Origin: Candidatus Micrarchaeota archaeon
GTDB lineage: Archaea > Micrarchaeota > Micrarchaeia > Norongarragalinales > SBBD01
Reading direction: 5' to 3'
Length of the DNA stretch: 15,774 nucleotides
NCBI GenBank assembly: GCA_038046605.1
Contig: JBBSVW010000088.1
Span: 1-15,774 of the forward strand
Part shown: positions 13,438-15,774 of the stretch, piece by piece
Layout of the letters: every line of letters begins with the position of its first letter
Position numbering within the stretch: the first letter of the stretch is position 1
The notes under the pieces: generated by a model
What the model was told of the DNA's origin: nothing
The model's database searches: none
The model's input: the letters and a program-made list of their open reading frames with translations, nothing else
Program-made: the position numbers and the translations under genes

Positions 13438-15774
13438 ATGTTCCGCCAATTTTTCGCGCTTTTGATTTTAGTTCTTGCATCAGCAAGCGCATTTTCCGAA
13501 TTCGGGCATTTGTTCCCGGAAAGGCAGCCCGCAAGCCTCATTTACCTTATGCTCCAACCCAGGGATTGCGGAGAACTCGCAATCAATTTCGAGCCGGTTC
13601 CAAGGAACGCAATTCCAACAGATTCTAGGGACGCCCTATTGCATTATGACATCGCAATGGGGGATTTGGAAATGCTATTAAAGTTTGCAAAATATGTCCC
13701 TTTTTCCGCATACAGCATGCAGCCAATGAGCGCTTATTCGGTTATTTGCCATCAGGGCGCAATTGATGCGATAAACCATGCATCCGCCTCATTGAAATCA
13801 CTATTTTTGGAAATTGATGAAAAGGCGGCCCGATTGGACCTGCTGCAGGGGGATGAGGAGGTATTTTCTTCAGGAATGGCAGTTGAAAAAAGGCAATTGG
13901 AATTTGAGATTGCAAATGGAAAGCGCGATGGGAAATTCGTTGAGGCAGTTCTGGAAGCATCTGGAAATCTAAGCAGGTTCTGGGCGCAGTTCCCATTCAA
14001 GACGGATGGTTTTTTGGCAATTTCCAAAATACTTGGTGCAGGCGGTGCCTTGCATGAGGCGGCAATTTTTTCAACCAGGATCGGATTGGCAACTACGGAG
14101 CTTGAGGCATTGCAATTAAATGCCACACGAGGATATGCAAGCGCATTATTTGATGCGCAGGAAGGGATCCTTCGCCTAAGGCAGGATAAGATCGATGCGA
14201 TAAGGGGGAGCGATGCATTTTATTTATTAAAGCAGGGTTTGGGCCAAAATCCAATAAGCCCAATTTCGGGGAATTTCTATTCACAAATCAAGGAGCTCGA
14301 TTCTGAAATTGGAAAGGCAAGGTCCATGCACACCCAATCCGAAAAAACGCTGGCGGCAAAAATGAGAGGCTATCTGGCGCATGCCTATTTGCTGGAAAGC
14401 GGCGCAAACGGAATCCTAATGGATGCGGCTTTTGAAGAAAATGAAATAGCAAGGGAAGCGGAAGAATTGGAAAATGCCTTAACAGCCCTTATGGATCATT
14501 TGGGGGATCAAATCAAAACCGAATTAGGGTTAAAAATTTCCGACCCAATTGCACACGAATACCTATCCGGGAGGTTTTTGGAAATTGAAAAAAGAAGGCA
14601 AATGTCCCCTTTTTCGGCACCCATTGGCGAGAGGGTAAATGCCTTGGCTGCAATAAGCGTGGAAATGGATGCGCTCCTTAATTCCGCATCCGCATCCGAT
14701 GTGGCAGCATACAAGCTTGCCCAAATCAAGGGAAAAACCCAAACGCTCAATTCCCTAATTGGGAGGGCAAGAAAGGAGGGAATTGATGCATTCGATGAGG
14801 AGGCGGCATATTCGTCGCTTAGGGGCGCCCTTGCAGGGGTCGGTTATGATGCAAACCTTTTTTTGCTTGAGGGTTTGGAAAAAAGCGCCGATGGGATAAA
14901 AAGCGCAATTGAGGCGAAGGCGAAGGGAAGGTTCGCATACCTGGAAGGGATTTACTTCGAAATTATTTCGCATAAGGAATACCTGGATTTGCAGGATAGG
15001 ATAAAATTGGAAAATTATGGGCGGTTTTTTGATGGGGAAAGGCTCAATTTGCTTGAAAACCTTGGAGAGCTTGCGGATTTCGAGGCATTCGCCTTGAAAA
15101 AATCCGAGGAATTCGAGGCAAAAAAACCAGGGATTATTTCCCGGGAACTTGAGGCCTCATTGGTAGTCAGGGAAATATCAAAACCAACCATGCTCGATGT
15201 TCCAACCGCATTCACAGCATACGTAAATATTGAAAACCGCCTGGATTTCTTTTCGCCAAACGTGCGGGTTAGGCTTCCCCTGCCAGAAAGCGCAACCTTG
15301 GCAAATGCATCGCGGGGAATCAGCCTGCTTAGGGAAAATGGCGCGTTGTACTTGAATATTCGGGAGAAGATGGATAGGTACTTTGCAATTTTGGAATATT
15401 CGCAAATTGCCAACGAAGCCGGATTGGATAAAACGGAATTTGAGAGTGTGGAATTTGAAAAAATAAGCCTTGTTCGGACAATTGCCTTCACCACAACCAA
15501 ATATTCGCATGCGATTATAGCAATTGATGCGCCATCGGAATCTTTCCACATGAGCTATTCGGGAGAATATTCCCAAGAGATAGCTGATGGGAAAATCAAC
15601 ATGGTTTTGGAGGCATATCCCGGGAAAAATAAGCTGGCAATCCGGTTCGAAATCCCTTCACCATTCACAGTAAAGGAGGCGGCGGGCCGGGGCGATTCCA
15701 CATCGCAGGAAATCGGATTTGAATTTGCCAATACCGCCATAGATGTGCCTTTTTCGGGCATAGCCCTGGATAGG
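13438..15774 (+). CDS. Large secreted hypothetical protein, at least 779 aa, truncated by the window edge (not in ORF track)
   Basis: Open frame from ATG13438 to the window end; signal peptide MFRQFFALLILVLASASAF; helical A/E/L-rich middle and a beta-like C-terminal region. Confidence 0.85.
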   Translation, partial: MFRQFFALLILVLASASAFSEFGHLFPERQPASLIYLMLQPRDCGELAINFEPVPRNAIPTDSRDALLHYDIAMGDLEMLLKFAKYVPFSAYSMQPMSAYSVICHQGAIDAINHASASLKSLFLEIDEKAARLDLLQGDEEVFSSGMAVEKRQLEFEIANGKRDGKFVEAVLEASGNLSRFWAQFPFKTDGFLAISKILGAGGALHEAAIFSTRIGLATTELEALQLNATRGYASALFDAQEGILRLRQDKIDAIRGSDAFYLLKQGLGQNPISPISGNFYSQIKELDSEIGKARSMHTQSEKTLAAKMRGYLAHAYLLESGANGILMDAAFEENEIAREAEELENALTALMDHLGDQIKTELGLKISDPIAHEYLSGRFLEIEKRRQMSPFSAPIGERVNALAAISVEMDALLNSASASDVAAYKLAQIKGKTQTLNSLIGRARKEGIDAFDEEAAYSSLRGALAGVGYDANLFLLEGLEKSADGIKSAIEAKAKGRFAYLEGIYFEIISHKEYLDLQDRIKLENYGRFFDGERLNLLENLGELADFEAFALKKSEEFEAKKPGIISRELEASLVVREISKPTMLDVPTAFTAYVNIENRLDFFSPNVRVRLPLPESATLANASRGISLLRENGALYLNIREKMDRYFAILEYSQIANEAGLDKTEFESVEFEKISLVRTIAFTTTKYSHAIIAIDAPSESFHMSYSGEYSQEIADGKINMVLEAYPGKNKLAIRFEIPSPFTVKEAAGRGDSTSQEIGFEFANTAIDVPFSGIALDR

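Noticed and set aside
13475-15761. Numerous short ORFs on both strands, and similar overlapping ORFs inside gap, gdhA, trxA and the DUF2330-like gene
   Set aside because: They are shadow or alternate-frame ORFs within longer, better-supported genes.

Overview
AT-leaning archaeal chromosome segment, most likely from a DPANN lineage such as Micrarchaeota (inferred from a Sec61beta gene, a DUF2683-type antitoxin with a RelE-like toxin, GGTG/GAGGTG Shine-Dalgarno motifs, TTTAAA/TATATAAA TATA boxes and many orphan membrane or secreted proteins). Recognisable genes: a K+ channel pore protein, a frameshifted Nudix hydrolase, a DUF2330-like protein, a single-HKD PLD-family protein, a RimI-like GNAT, a bacterial-type (class I) GAPDH, a type II TA pair, Sec61beta, thioredoxin, a Glu/Leu/Phe/Val dehydrogenase and a large secreted protein that runs off the right end. 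The most unusual signal is non-coding: three related 34-35 bp GACA...TGTC palindromes, each with a G-rich leader (5915-6005, 9231-9265 inverted, 11388-11421). The first appears to be interrupted by a 57-bp twin-hairpin insert and lies inside a 150-bp unit that duplicates, and may have replaced, the 3' end of the GNAT gene. This suggests nested, non-autonomous REP/MITE-like elements that can carry gene ends. No transposase, integrase, reverse transcriptase, CRISPR array, tRNA or rRNA was recognised.
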